Positions 43,901-52,777 of a DNA stretch of 64,000 nt are shown here, piece after piece. A program made the position numbers and the translations under genes. Numbering within the stretch: the stretch's first letter is position 1; the number at the start of each line of letters is the position of its first letter. The DNA is from an uncultured virus (IMG/VR IMGVR_UViG_3300031963_000026) (taxonomy: Duplodnaviria > Heunggongvirae > Uroviricota > Caudoviricetes), in IMG/VR virus record IMGVR_UViG_3300031963_000026, positions 62,001 through 126,000 of that record. One strand, given 5' to 3'. The notes below the pieces were generated by a model that searched no databases, was not told where the DNA came from, and saw only the letters and a list, made by a program, of their open reading frames with translations.

Positions 43901-44318
43901 CTAATAGTTCAGTGTCCTGTATATTACCCGTTGTTTGATACCTTTCAATAGTGTTATTACCTTGTGGGTCTTGGAAAACTCTACCTTTTTGAAAGTTTTG
44001 ATTAATTCCTTGACCTTTCAAACTATTTTTTCCTGTAATCTCATCGGTATATTCGTTACTAAAGTATCCTTTACCACCAGGATTTAAGAAATTAATTTGT
44101 GCGATTTTTACGTTTCGGATAGAATCGTCTAATGTGGAACCTTGAACAAGTTTTGTTCCCGGTATTACACGGGCTTCCAAATTAGCATACATGACAAGTT
44201 CTTCATGATTTACCAATCGTTCATCATAACTATTCCCATTAGTTCCAACCGTTTTATTAGGATCAATAATAACTATGTTGTCGTAGTCAAAATCTACTAG
44301 TATTTTTTTATCTGCCAT
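37929..44318 (-). CDS. Baseplate hub protein (gp27 / late control D-like) with large insertions
   Basis: C-terminal EITSLGNSMIQPTMYF...FNGPYHIQSVTHQIAPGQFTTQFKGVR; follows the LysM-like gene. Confidence 0.65.
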   Translation of the reverse strand: MADKKILVDFDYDNIVIIDPNKTVGTNGNSYDERLVNHEELVMYANLEARVIPGTKLVQGSTLDDSIRNVKIAQINFLNPGGKGYFSNEYTDEITGKNSLKGQGINQNFQKGRVFQDPQGNNTIERYQTTGNIQDTELLGIESITVTNDRSFTPVVNVRLIDVQGRALFEKGDNSPYAAFFNLPYPTFYLTMKGYYGKAIRYELILQNFEASFQGSTGDYTVNLKFVAYKYSVLAETSVAYLFALPHMYNTTYNISPPSNTQAQNAALFTNGNTNTDVNQVVTSRGLQKLKEVYQDYKSQRLVDENFPEMTLNQLQIKLEKLEENLLATFGKQDFSSLSDVDSYKKNLINYQNSVYSTDLNSWSSKYVDTSLFYYDNTGKKFYLYKENVRQSQQSMKDAEVILDKIVKEYNKLLSENKTLGSGGSATINNIKKLITGLNNDITVGTIIRDLGMIDEQKTLQERLKRIPTSAETENFRIELNKLKFSNTSIKINGIVNNQPDNTTDSEAGPVKLPQKVMYFEGEGTFVDLIQKLDTNATKVRTQIEDTLTSELQKKIEGNNGLGFKPTMRNVCAVLFASLEAFLRLLDDVHTKAWDVRFDPIRKSAILNNENKNNIDTTAAGDIPVYPWPQYFVETQNTTDGGKFELRYPGDPSVINQTQAYRYDIWPEVEFVEEYMKGLAVRDLEILQNPTSSTNEEKTINRVTLNAFDYPTTNRTYSITEVVSFIYEIYERVFTASFYDKLNTDVSNKKEVYKTIADFETENILKALANDNPELIKILKDFSIQPGNITDLMRHISNEGKGISWNQFIRGYYTNKYLVGKTDKPFQVLSGNTTLIETVLPNISAPSKKRVSDLLKVETGKGFTDLYPFVSDTFNTNSLQNGATDGLRFYKTTQTLVFNDRINYITNFATADPKNAPKPFTVLDYTAFKPIQYDSSGILTPLQIYATKLAGDRLATEGVWGDRVISMMNTPFFTNSILSGVQSERSNETYPYVQSAYLFLNSLPLATLREKFVSGGTYGEYIASVLNKYGSVQSLPYSWIIKYGSIWYRYKKQVNEGVDILDGVWKNFDYSANYDPTTSSTTRSYNTKTFVNGSRSDNTITLQNSITDTVTLTNITAGFYPKLINDFTYFTTGFDLLTGYTDSDYVGSTCGNQLEIRNNVDNNVNQPYNDGGVKFLNYTPYAITFDVNNNTSFPRKYQQSILVYPSFGSPVNEVSNFLFTQNNLSSYSNLNQYNQVENNPSIYNATTNFIWGSGPFGYFSSAAFTKPDYYEYIKKVKSDVNKQDAFSFETDFEYTRIDEMFATFSKEVLDDFETMFLDFCRPKSNFQNPYVSDVTFGNFQALMTDMMFIDRFNGAISNDVFIAKVANAQQDKLSNNCRLFLDQNVLFVNGNPSNFNRRLYGSFQTNKITDPIVFSPYVNGSLPTSSGTVTLEQSENSNPLAWKALKTYVGLYSSGTTVPYGFYYSSDGSYITDFFVDNNIAFTEANVITCAPLIKVYATQKYLANGVMTKDIFTTLIDDYVNSATELQTNIFTILFNQLGKQLPIVTVNSSQKINSIIDGNAPKYEIWDTMKTLDNKWIAGNDYKGRTLFQDVVFLDRANRDIGRTALIDIFSFKTLLNNNPLNMRVLDFFSKILSDNKFMMMPMGAYMNFWSKELIDADGQPNPENSQDLAQTLFGTHLNVDYRQARSKIVCIYGGKVSEHLDMRRSDDYRFGNDSFDITRTSENALLFQTPVNKNDYHLSNKVVGFNVDFGTRSQGMFYNINLSQTNSLATTEANKVIADTASAAGGKRGIAQSLSLYNLYKNRSYEVEITSLGNSMIQPTMYFNLKNVPMFNGPYHIQSVTHQIAPGQFTTQFKGVRIPIYSMPQLDKQITSLNQVVLSGLLSKLKKKREDENNQTPTTVNITNVGSNVTNKTSFTLGSNASCVNKLDPSYVSYQPSDALISELSFKQAARYISQATANEANRLLTFCTLYMSSSNTEKLTGYDYNFAGVTLDKKYGGNIPTYFKNQYFCLTNSNGNSLPFVSFASDSNNINMLVNYFEKPSKRISLNQSKGVLNYSGLTATDSALISFQVTDVWLLYWANNLTESQLLSFISRNETQYSSWAKNIYEGVVLAKKLGLVPSLNIKI

Positions 44319-44631
44319 AATAGAAGAAGTAATTATTCAATGCCGCGTTATAATCTTGTAGTGTCGCCACCAATGGAAATGGAACGTTTATTGTCGTACC
44401 ATCGGGTATTGACCATTCTAAACCACCAAATTGTGGATTTGCTTGTAATATTAACCAACCAAAAAAAGGTGTGCCATAATATTCCTGTGATATCTTATCC
44501 ATTCTACTTCTTCCTACACGATAAATGTATCTTTGATCCGAGTTTTTAGGTCTCAAAGGAACAAATGGGACAACGGTTTGACCACCATTTACTTCAAAAT
44601 CCACATATCTATTATAATATTGATAACTCAT
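44308..44631 (-). CDS. LysM-like baseplate protein (gp53 / P2 gpX-like)
   Basis: RMDKISQEYYGTPFFGWLILQANP...IPDGTTINVP. Confidence 0.8.
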   Translation of the reverse strand: MSYQYYNRYVDFEVNGGQTVVPFVPLRPKNSDQRYIYRVGRSRMDKISQEYYGTPFFGWLILQANPQFGGLEWSIPDGTTINVPFPLVATLQDYNAALNNYFFYYGR

Positions 44632-47600
44632 AGTTTAAACTTCTTTTTAAGATTGTAAGGATTATCAGTATCGGCATCATTATTAGAATTAAACAATTTA
44701 CTCAATCTTGTTTTATCATCACTACTTGGTGTAAAATCAGTCGTATATGAACAAGTCCTATCAACACCAACGTTTATACCAACAACATTTAGAATGTCTT
44801 TATTAATTGTGTTTTTATTATCATCAACAATACTTAATTCCGTATTATAAGCACTTTCAAAGACCGACTTCACCTTACCAAATTCATCATTTATTATTGT
44901 AAGTGAAATAGGATCTGTGATACCGTTAGTGATTGCACTCATAAAATTAGTATAATCATTAATATAAACACCACTCATTAACATATATTCTAACTTAGAT
45001 TCCGGAGTTGTAAACCCAAATTTAGTAACAGGGAATATTTCAGAGTCAAATTTGAAGCTTTGAGTCACATAAGGTGGGTAATCCCCATCAGTTAAAGTAG
45101 TTATAAATTGATTACAATAGGTTCCTATTGTTGTTAAGTCAGTAGTCATTACCGAAAGAGTTGAACCCGTTATTTTATATAACTTCGGTTCTCCCTTTTC
45201 AATGAAACCATCTCTTTCAGTTAATACATAATTCAATTTATCTATTGTAAATACATAGTCTTGTTCTAACGTATTCAATGATTGAATTGATGTGGTAAGT
45301 TTAGTTAAAAACGTAGGTGCATATCCACTAACATAGTTTATGTAGTTCTGTTTCAAATCTCTAACTACACTATTTTTAACATTTCTGTTTTGTTCTAATG
45401 TGGATATTTGAGATAATGATCCATTATTGATTTTACTTTGTAATTGTGAGAAGAAAGAAACATACCTGGATTGAATATTTACAGGTGATCCAAATAGATT
45501 AACATCTTGTGGTGACGTATATTGATTGAACTTACCTGTGTTATATTTTAGAACATTCGTAACGTTTTGTAATACCCCATAATTATAATTCTTAAGTGTA
45601 TCGTTTAAGAAATTATACACACCATTATAATAATTTTTAGACTGTGTAACAAACCCATCAAACACTTTAGTATATGATATATTACCATAAACCACGGTAG
45701 ATGTTCCCGACGTTGCCGCAGAGGTTGTAGTACTCTTAATTTCACCAATTGTTGCACCACCAAGTGATGTGGAAACCGGAGTTGCTTGTGAAACCGATGT
45801 GGTTGTCTCAGTTTCAGTTAAACCTAATGCACCAATAAATTGTTGATTGAATTGTTCTCTATCTTCCGTTTTTTCAGCTCTTTCATCATACATCTCAGTA
45901 TTTGCATAATAATTAAACGATAATGCGTTTTGTAATTTTTCAATTGGTTCTTTAAGTCCCGAACCACCAATAAAGTTAAAACTTAACGTAACATCACAAA
46001 TCATCGGTTGCATACCAATACCTTCGGGATTCAAATCAAAATTTTCAAATTTGAAACTTAAGTTTGTTGGAATAATTTTAGTATTATAGAAATCACCAAT
46101 TCTTAGCACCAACACAGGTGGGGCACCAAACGCGGTGTTTGTTGCAACATCCGTTACAGGTTTTCCATCCAAACCTATTGTTGGTATCGTATCACCCGGT
46201 CTTACACATTGATTTAAGAATGTCAATCTTGAATTTAATCCTTCAGGTGTCATTGAGTGAAACGTTGGATTAAAATATTTGATCTTGTCTTTGATTGAAT
46301 CAAAAACAACAGGATCAGTACTTTTCAATATATCAAAATAGTTACACTCAGATAATAAAGATCTAACAATTCTCTTACTAACATCATTTTTAATTTTTTG
46401 TTGTATGGTTGTAGTCGTTACAGGTTTTGGTGCTTCCAATGGTAATTGTCCTGTTGTTTGTTCTTGCTTAGGTGGTACCGCACTTATTTGTGGTGGTGGA
46501 GGTGCTTGAGGAATATCACCGGGAACATATTTAATATCCTTAATTGCAACTCTTCTACAAGCAGATGCTTGAACGGAAAATATCTTATTGTATGGTATAT
46601 TTTTAGTATCTAAGTCAGTACAATTATAACCCTGTGATTTAGTCCCTTTATTGAAACTATATAGTGTAGCACTTGATTCTTGCTCACCTCTCGCAGAACC
46701 CGAATCAATTTTCAATCTTCCCGAATCTATGTATGAACCCAAAACATTTTGGAAATAATCTTTAACACTATCAATTCTTCTTTTTGACAAATCAACGTTG
46801 TAACTTATTGTTGCAGGTGCGGACGCAGAACCAATTAAAGTAATTGTTATACTTTTAGCAGTCCCGTCATCCAAAACTTTCTTTATCTCGGGAACCAATT
46901 TATTACCAACAGTTGTGAAGTTATCAATAACAATATCATCAAAGAAATTTTGCATCTCAGTTTGTGTATTATTTCTTGAAGCAACTTCAATGAAGGTTGT
47001 TTCCTTACTTAATAAGAAATTATATTCAACATCATAAGCACTCGTTGTTTGAGTTAATCTCGTATTTGGATCGGGATAATCGTTGTAAAAATAAAAACCT
47101 AAGTTTTTAAACTTATCCCAATTTAATTCAGATGGTTTGGTTTGTTGAGGAATAATTGGTGCCGGTTGTGATTGATTAATCGGTTGTGTAGATTCCTGTG
47201 TTGCAGGATTTTGTGGTGTTGTTGTATTAACAATTGATTGAAAATATACCAAATCCGATGCCGGTATGGTATTATATGTTTGAGCCAATTCATACAAATC
47301 ATATTCTTTACAACCCGCGAAGAAAGAATCAACGATATTATCAGCAGTTTCTCTATCAGTATTCGCCAAAACCTTATTAACAATAAGATTTAATATAGAT
47401 GGGTGATCCACCACAATCTTAAATGATAATTGACCCGATCTTGATGTGTTTTTATAAGTATAAACAGGTTCAGGTCGTCCAATAAATGTATTTTCATTAA
47501 ACGACGGTCTTGAATCCTCACTAAATGTTAAACCATAAGGTGGGAACCACATTATTCTACCCCCATTAGGACCTCTCTCACAAGCAGGAAGGTCCGACAC

Positions 47601-49442
47601 TCTAAAACCTTCTTTATTTGACGTTCTCCAAGCCAAGTTTTCAATACTAAACATGTATTTGGTAACGTTTTTCTCAACTGCAGTTGGATTAACGTTGTTA
47701 CTTGTCGGAACAATATTCAAATTATATGTTGAAGTTATTACAGAATTAACAAATTGATAGATACTACCTTTTTGTTTCTGTAAATTTTCATAATTAATAT
47801 ATGGTTTGTCCTTAGCAAACACCCTACAATATTCTCTACCCGCTTCCGTTCCCGACGCATTAGTGTAAGATATCACCCTAGAACCCTTAGTTAATTCCTT
47901 ATACCCATCACTAAATACTTTAGATACTTGGTCAATTGCGTTACCAACGTGGTTAAGTCTCTTAGCACCATCGGGTTGTGAATCTATTAACCTTTGAGTA
48001 TCATCTAAAATACTACCCGGTCTAAATTCATAATTAGTTGATTTACCCGCATTGAATTTATCACTAATACTATTAAATGTTGGGTTATTTGTGGTATAAT
48101 CACCACCAGGTGCTACATTTTTACCCGCATTTTTACTATATTTCGGTGATACCCATGTGAACCCTCCTTGAATACCCCCCGCATCCTCATAAGATTTACC
48201 CGCAAAACCGTTTTGGATTTGTATATTATTTTCATAATTATTACCCAATACTTCAGGTCCATATACAGGAGCATTAACTTCTCTACCCGTTTCATCTTTT
48301 GGTATAGCACCCGGAGGTGATGTTAAAGATCCCGGATCTTGATCCTTTGAACCAACATAAAAGTTTCCTTTAGTTAAGTTTGATAAATTAAACGAAAATA
48401 TACCACCTACGGCATCATCACTAAACGCGGGTCTAAACTTGTTTTGTTCAATGTTAGATTGTAGTTGGAATTTTTGACCCGATCCTGTATTTTTTAAGAA
48501 TAAATCCGACGGTGTTCTACCTCTTGACCCTCTCGTTCCAAACGCCCCCGCAACCGCAGCACCAACAACCGTTTGTTGTGTTCTACCAAGGTTGTTCTGT
48601 GTCATATCCTCATCAAAATAATCACCCGGTATCGGTGATACAGGATAGTAAGTTCCTGCAATTCTGTTAAGAATATCCGCCATTTTACCAATAGCGTTTG
48701 ACGGAACAGTAATTGTCCAATCTTTTGATACTATAGGTCTTTTACCCGCCAAAACTTGAGCCACCTCAAATGGATCTCTAAGTGACTCTAAGAATGTAAG
48801 TCTTCCGATTGTTTCGGTTCTAACATTTTGATCAACCCTCGCCTTTAAATTAGCCTTTAACGCAACCCCAATATCAAACCTTCTTGGTTCAGAATCCAAA
48901 GATAATGTACCATCCGACCCTTGTGGATTACTTGAAAGTAAAACCGCATATGGTGAATATAATGAGGGTCTAAAACTAGGTGGACCCCAATACGGTGCCA
49001 AAACACCTTTAGACCTTTGTATTAAACCAATATTATACGGATTTTGAAAACCTCCGGGAGGTCCGTATTGGTTGATAATTGACGATGCTTTTTGATAGGA
49101 TATACTATAATTCTCAATAGCATCGATATATGGGGGAAATGGTCCATATTCCCCCTTATTAGGTCCCGAACTTACAACATTATTATAATTTATAGTTTTA
49201 TTAAAACCACCATTAGGACCAAATTCATTAATCTTATATAAATTATCAGAAAAAGGACTGTTATCTATTAAAACATCAGGAGAATCAATTACACTATAAT
49301 CCTGTAATTCGGTTGGGTATGTAACCGCACCACTTGGTGGTGTATATACGCCTGGTTTTCTGTAAGGTTTAAGATTCCTTACAATTAAACTTTTTCTAAT
49401 GATCTCGGTTGCATTAAACGATAACGGACTAGTTCCCATCAA
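44628..49442 (-). CDS. Tail tube initiator-like protein with inserted OmpA-like domain
   Basis: FIGRPEPVYTYKNTSRSGQLSF and PPVLVLRIGDF...PMICDVTLSF flank an OmpA_C-like segment. Confidence 0.6.
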   Translation of the reverse strand: MMGTSPLSFNATEIIRKSLIVRNLKPYRKPGVYTPPSGAVTYPTELQDYSVIDSPDVLIDNSPFSDNLYKINEFGPNGGFNKTINYNNVVSSGPNKGEYGPFPPYIDAIENYSISYQKASSIINQYGPPGGFQNPYNIGLIQRSKGVLAPYWGPPSFRPSLYSPYAVLLSSNPQGSDGTLSLDSEPRRFDIGVALKANLKARVDQNVRTETIGRLTFLESLRDPFEVAQVLAGKRPIVSKDWTITVPSNAIGKMADILNRIAGTYYPVSPIPGDYFDEDMTQNNLGRTQQTVVGAAVAGAFGTRGSRGRTPSDLFLKNTGSGQKFQLQSNIEQNKFRPAFSDDAVGGIFSFNLSNLTKGNFYVGSKDQDPGSLTSPPGAIPKDETGREVNAPVYGPEVLGNNYENNIQIQNGFAGKSYEDAGGIQGGFTWVSPKYSKNAGKNVAPGGDYTTNNPTFNSISDKFNAGKSTNYEFRPGSILDDTQRLIDSQPDGAKRLNHVGNAIDQVSKVFSDGYKELTKGSRVISYTNASGTEAGREYCRVFAKDKPYINYENLQKQKGSIYQFVNSVITSTYNLNIVPTSNNVNPTAVEKNVTKYMFSIENLAWRTSNKEGFRVSDLPACERGPNGGRIMWFPPYGLTFSEDSRPSFNENTFIGRPEPVYTYKNTSRSGQLSFKIVVDHPSILNLIVNKVLANTDRETADNIVDSFFAGCKEYDLYELAQTYNTIPASDLVYFQSIVNTTTPQNPATQESTQPINQSQPAPIIPQQTKPSELNWDKFKNLGFYFYNDYPDPNTRLTQTTSAYDVEYNFLLSKETTFIEVASRNNTQTEMQNFFDDIVIDNFTTVGNKLVPEIKKVLDDGTAKSITITLIGSASAPATISYNVDLSKRRIDSVKDYFQNVLGSYIDSGRLKIDSGSARGEQESSATLYSFNKGTKSQGYNCTDLDTKNIPYNKIFSVQASACRRVAIKDIKYVPGDIPQAPPPPQISAVPPKQEQTTGQLPLEAPKPVTTTTIQQKIKNDVSKRIVRSLLSECNYFDILKSTDPVVFDSIKDKIKYFNPTFHSMTPEGLNSRLTFLNQCVRPGDTIPTIGLDGKPVTDVATNTAFGAPPVLVLRIGDFYNTKIIPTNLSFKFENFDLNPEGIGMQPMICDVTLSFNFIGGSGLKEPIEKLQNALSFNYYANTEMYDERAEKTEDREQFNQQFIGALGLTETETTTSVSQATPVSTSLGGATIGEIKSTTTSAATSGTSTVVYGNISYTKVFDGFVTQSKNYYNGVYNFLNDTLKNYNYGVLQNVTNVLKYNTGKFNQYTSPQDVNLFGSPVNIQSRYVSFFSQLQSKINNGSLSQISTLEQNRNVKNSVVRDLKQNYINYVSGYAPTFLTKLTTSIQSLNTLEQDYVFTIDKLNYVLTERDGFIEKGEPKLYKITGSTLSVMTTDLTTIGTYCNQFITTLTDGDYPPYVTQSFKFDSEIFPVTKFGFTTPESKLEYMLMSGVYINDYTNFMSAITNGITDPISLTIINDEFGKVKSVFESAYNTELSIVDDNKNTINKDILNVVGINVGVDRTCSYTTDFTPSSDDKTRLSKLFNSNNDADTDNPYNLKKKFKL

Positions 49443-49480
49443 TAATTCATTTTAATATAAATAGATTAGTAGCTATTTTT

Positions 49481-51220
49481 TTATTGACCCGGCGCGTTAT
49501 AAACATCAGGTTCTTTTAATACTGCTTTAACTGCGTTTGAAAATTGTAAATTTTTAGCATCTATTTGACCAACAACTCTATTATCTTGCATAATATCCAC
49601 CCTACCCGTTAATTGGACAGTAACGGGATCAACTCTAACAGTTTCCGGTTTCTTAGTTTCTTTAATACCTAATTGTTCTATAAGATCACTAACAATACTT
49701 CCAACCGCAGGAACAACAATATTTTCTTTAGAAATTTGTGTTTGAAATGTGGATGCAAAATCAATTGAGGATATTCTGTCAATACTTTTACTAAAGTTTT
49801 CAGAAAAATCAACAATAAAGTCGTTAAGAGTTGTTCCAAACTTATCGTTAAACCCTTCAAGGTCACCCTTAACTAAATCCTTTATTGCATCAACACCACC
49901 GGTTTCAAATCTATCTACTAATTGTCGTTGATCTCCGGGACGAAATGCCTGTCTAACACCTTCAGAAACAATTCTTTGACCTCCTCTTTGTATTTCAATA
50001 AGATCTTGGAACACTTTACTACTAGCAATCCCCGACACTCCGAAACCAACTTTAATCGCTGTCAAATTATTGTTCATCATTTGTTGTGTTGATAATTGTT
50101 CCGCAGCAAAATCCTCTAAGGTTTTGGCACTTGTTGTTTGTGCTTTTATCTTTTCTAAATCACCTTGTTGTAGTTGTGAAACCAATCTATCTTGACCATC
50201 AACTTTAACCGTAAAACCTCCTTTAATCTTATCAAAATTAGCAACACCCGACAAAAACATTTTTGTTTCTTCGTCAATTCCGGCAACTTTTAATTCTTTT
50301 GATACTTCATTAAGTTGAGCCCTTGCCTTAGCCATTTTAACCATGTTATCATAACTAAGTCCCGTTTCTTCGGAAATTTTCATTAAATCTCGTCTAGCAG
50401 CTGGAGGTATCTCAAATTTACCGGTTTCTTTATTCAAAAAACCCATTCTTTCAACCACACCACCAATAGCTTCTTGTAGTCCTTCAGTGTCTTCTTGTGC
50501 CAAATACATCAACCTAAACGGATCTGCTAAATCACCAACAGCAACCCCTAATCGTTGAAATGTATTTACCGCACTAATAGCACCTTCAGGGTCAAATACT
50601 TTTGACGCAAAATTAAATACGTCGGACATATCAATCTTTAGTAAAGCCGCTTTTGCCGCCATCCTTGCCAAACCATCAACACCCGTTTGAAATCCAAATT
50701 TATTAGCATTTGATAAATTATCACTAACTTGTTGAAATACTTGATTTGTATTTGCTCCGAATTTTCTAGCTTCAGATAATATGGTTAATGTGTTTTCACC
50801 AAAATTATTCATGGATTCACCAAAGTCAGCAAATTTTACAAAACTTTGTGTAATGGATTGAATACCTAAACCGGTTGCTGTCGCTGCCGCTTGGATCTCA
50901 ACCATATTTTTAGCACCAACAACAAAACTATATTCAAGTTCAGAGGCGATATTAGAAATTATGTCAGCCGCTTTTTGTGTTAAATTAGCAACATCGGTAC
51001 CTTGGTCAATAACCAAAGCCAAATCTTTAGATGCGTCGGCAATAGTTTTGGAAACCTCTCTATAAGTTTCCCTATTGGCAGTCATGTTCTTTTGAACGGA
51101 CAGAGATTGCTCATCAAGATTTTCACGAAATTCCTGCAGATTTGCAAAAAATTGTTTGGTAAGAATGTCGGCCAATCCTTGTCCATATTTATTTAAATCG
51201 TCAAAAATATTTTGTGCCAT
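49481..51220 (-). CDS. Tape measure protein (short)
   Basis: Ala/Gln/Leu-rich helical protein directly after the tail chaperone and tube genes. Confidence 0.65.
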   Translation of the reverse strand: MAQNIFDDLNKYGQGLADILTKQFFANLQEFRENLDEQSLSVQKNMTANRETYREVSKTIADASKDLALVIDQGTDVANLTQKAADIISNIASELEYSFVVGAKNMVEIQAAATATGLGIQSITQSFVKFADFGESMNNFGENTLTILSEARKFGANTNQVFQQVSDNLSNANKFGFQTGVDGLARMAAKAALLKIDMSDVFNFASKVFDPEGAISAVNTFQRLGVAVGDLADPFRLMYLAQEDTEGLQEAIGGVVERMGFLNKETGKFEIPPAARRDLMKISEETGLSYDNMVKMAKARAQLNEVSKELKVAGIDEETKMFLSGVANFDKIKGGFTVKVDGQDRLVSQLQQGDLEKIKAQTTSAKTLEDFAAEQLSTQQMMNNNLTAIKVGFGVSGIASSKVFQDLIEIQRGGQRIVSEGVRQAFRPGDQRQLVDRFETGGVDAIKDLVKGDLEGFNDKFGTTLNDFIVDFSENFSKSIDRISSIDFASTFQTQISKENIVVPAVGSIVSDLIEQLGIKETKKPETVRVDPVTVQLTGRVDIMQDNRVVGQIDAKNLQFSNAVKAVLKEPDVYNAPGQ

Positions 51221-51245
51221 AAACTTTATTTACAATAAATATTGA

Positions 51246-51422
51246 TTAGTTAGTTTTGGGTGTTAAATCCGTGACCAACTTGTTCATCAAATATTTCCTA
51301 AAATAAGTGGGCATACGATAAAAATCTCCATAAGAAACATGTAGATGCTTCGCCAAATAATAAAATTCGTCAGATAATACTCTGTTATAATCAGAAGAAA
51401 GGGCGAAAAAACTCTGCCCCAA
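51246..51422 (-). CDS. Tail chaperone C-terminal extension (gpT / T4 gp51-like); not in the ORF track
   Basis: The +1 frame reads ...FFALSSDYNRVLSDEFYYLAKHLHVSYGDFYRMPTYFRKYLMNKLVTDLTPKTN*. No ATG at its 5' end, only a TTG at 51422. Confidence 0.7.
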   Translation of the reverse strand: MGQSFFALSSDYNRVLSDEFYYLAKHLHVSYGDFYRMPTYFRKYLMNKLVTDLTPKTN

Positions 51423-52134
51423 AGGCGATATTCAAATCTACCTTTTTTCCGGATGGGGCGATAACTGTTTTCACAAGATCCAATCTTGGTTCATTTTCAT
51501 TAATGAATTTTTTAATGTATTTAGAATCCATAATAGGCATAGATTCAATAAACTTAATAATATTTTCAGGGCTAGTATCATCATTAATACTAATAATTGA
51601 CTTAGCCAATCTTGTAGTCACCGTAGGTGCTTTACCCACAGGATACATCGCATTCATTCTATCCAACTCTGTCATATCACCCAATGTCAATGGTTTTAAT
51701 TTTACCTTCACTTCACTTCTTGGTAAAGTTGTGGTCCATGTCCCATCCTCATTAGGTAATTGATTTGTTCGTTTAATATTTAACTCATCTAACATCACAT
51801 TACCCTTAAACTCATTACCAGTCTCGGGGTCAATTAATTTGAATGTGTATTCGGGACCAAACGATGTGTTCCTTAAAAAGATAAGAATAGCTTCAATATC
51901 ACCATTTAACAAATCTTCGGGTCTAATTCCCGGTTCATATAATTTTGATCTAATTAGTGTTGTTACTATGGAATCGGAAGGTGCCGACATAATTGTGTTT
52001 TCATCCGAAGCGGTCAAATATCCCACTTTCACAGATTCCTTTTTATTTTTATAAAAAATTCCTCTTGATGGTAAAGGCACCACATCATGTGGTAAATTAA
52101 AATCAATTTGTCCGTATTGTGTTGCGTCTTGCAT
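51391..52134 (-). CDS. Tail assembly chaperone / baseplate hub assembly protein (T4 gp26-like)
   Basis: LPSRGIFY, LTASDE and GDIEAILIFLRNTSFG motifs; C-terminal FFRPFF; lies between tube and tape measure genes. Confidence 0.8.
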   Translation of the reverse strand: MQDATQYGQIDFNLPHDVVPLPSRGIFYKNKKESVKVGYLTASDENTIMSAPSDSIVTTLIRSKLYEPGIRPEDLLNGDIEAILIFLRNTSFGPEYTFKLIDPETGNEFKGNVMLDELNIKRTNQLPNEDGTWTTTLPRSEVKVKLKPLTLGDMTELDRMNAMYPVGKAPTVTTRLAKSIISINDDTSPENIIKFIESMPIMDSKYIKKFINENEPRLDLVKTVIAPSGKKVDLNIAFGAEFFRPFF

Positions 52135-52163
52135 AAAAAAACCGTAGAGTTTGGCTCTACGGT
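52135..52163 (-). terminator. Terminator hairpin after the tail tube gene, abutting the next ATG
   Basis: Minus strand: ACCGTAGAG-ccaaa-CTCTACGGT-TTTTTT-ATG(52134). Confidence 0.75.
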
Positions 52164-52196
52164 TAAATATAGTGTAGTAATATTTTTAGTAAATAA

Positions 52197-52685
52197 TTAA
52201 TATACCAAGATACAACGATCCATACGTAATGAACAAGATAGAGTCGCTAACTTATCATCACTATATGATGCTTGTGACCAAGATACATCAGTCAAGAAAG
52301 TATTTTCAAGTATCCACTTTTCAACAACAACACCCGTTGGATCTAACATCTCTAAGTCAATGTTTTTCTTATAACCCGCAGCATAACCCATACGACCTGT
52401 TACAGATTCAGCGTGCAAACGAACCCACTCCATTAATGCCTGTGTTGCCGATGGCCCAATAGGATCCACAAAATCAACTTTAATCGGGTCCCAATTGAAT
52501 CTACCCGCAACGAATGTACTTGTATTTAAGAACGGTATTTCTGTACTACCTATTTTTATTGCCGGTCTTCCCGAACTCTGAACATACCATTCGTTAATAC
52601 CCAATGAAGAAGGGAATCTTAATATAAATCGGTTATTCCTTTTGGGTTCATAAGGAATAGGCATTTTCATTAACAAATCAGCCAT
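52197..52685 (-). CDS. Tail tube protein (T4 gp19-like)
   Basis: EPKRNNRF, GRFNWDPI and YKKNIDLEMLDPTGVVVEKWIL motifs; downstream of the sheath gene. Confidence 0.9.
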   Translation of the reverse strand: MADLLMKMPIPYEPKRNNRFILRFPSSLGINEWYVQSSGRPAIKIGSTEIPFLNTSTFVAGRFNWDPIKVDFVDPIGPSATQALMEWVRLHAESVTGRMGYAAGYKKNIDLEMLDPTGVVVEKWILENTFLTDVSWSQASYSDDKLATLSCSLRMDRCILVY

Positions 52686-52777
52686 ATCTTTAAATTTTAA
52701 TCTTTTTTAGTTTTATATATAAATACTCGTCAAAAAGTTTTTCTATTTACTTTTTTTTTTGACAAACTATTCTCATA

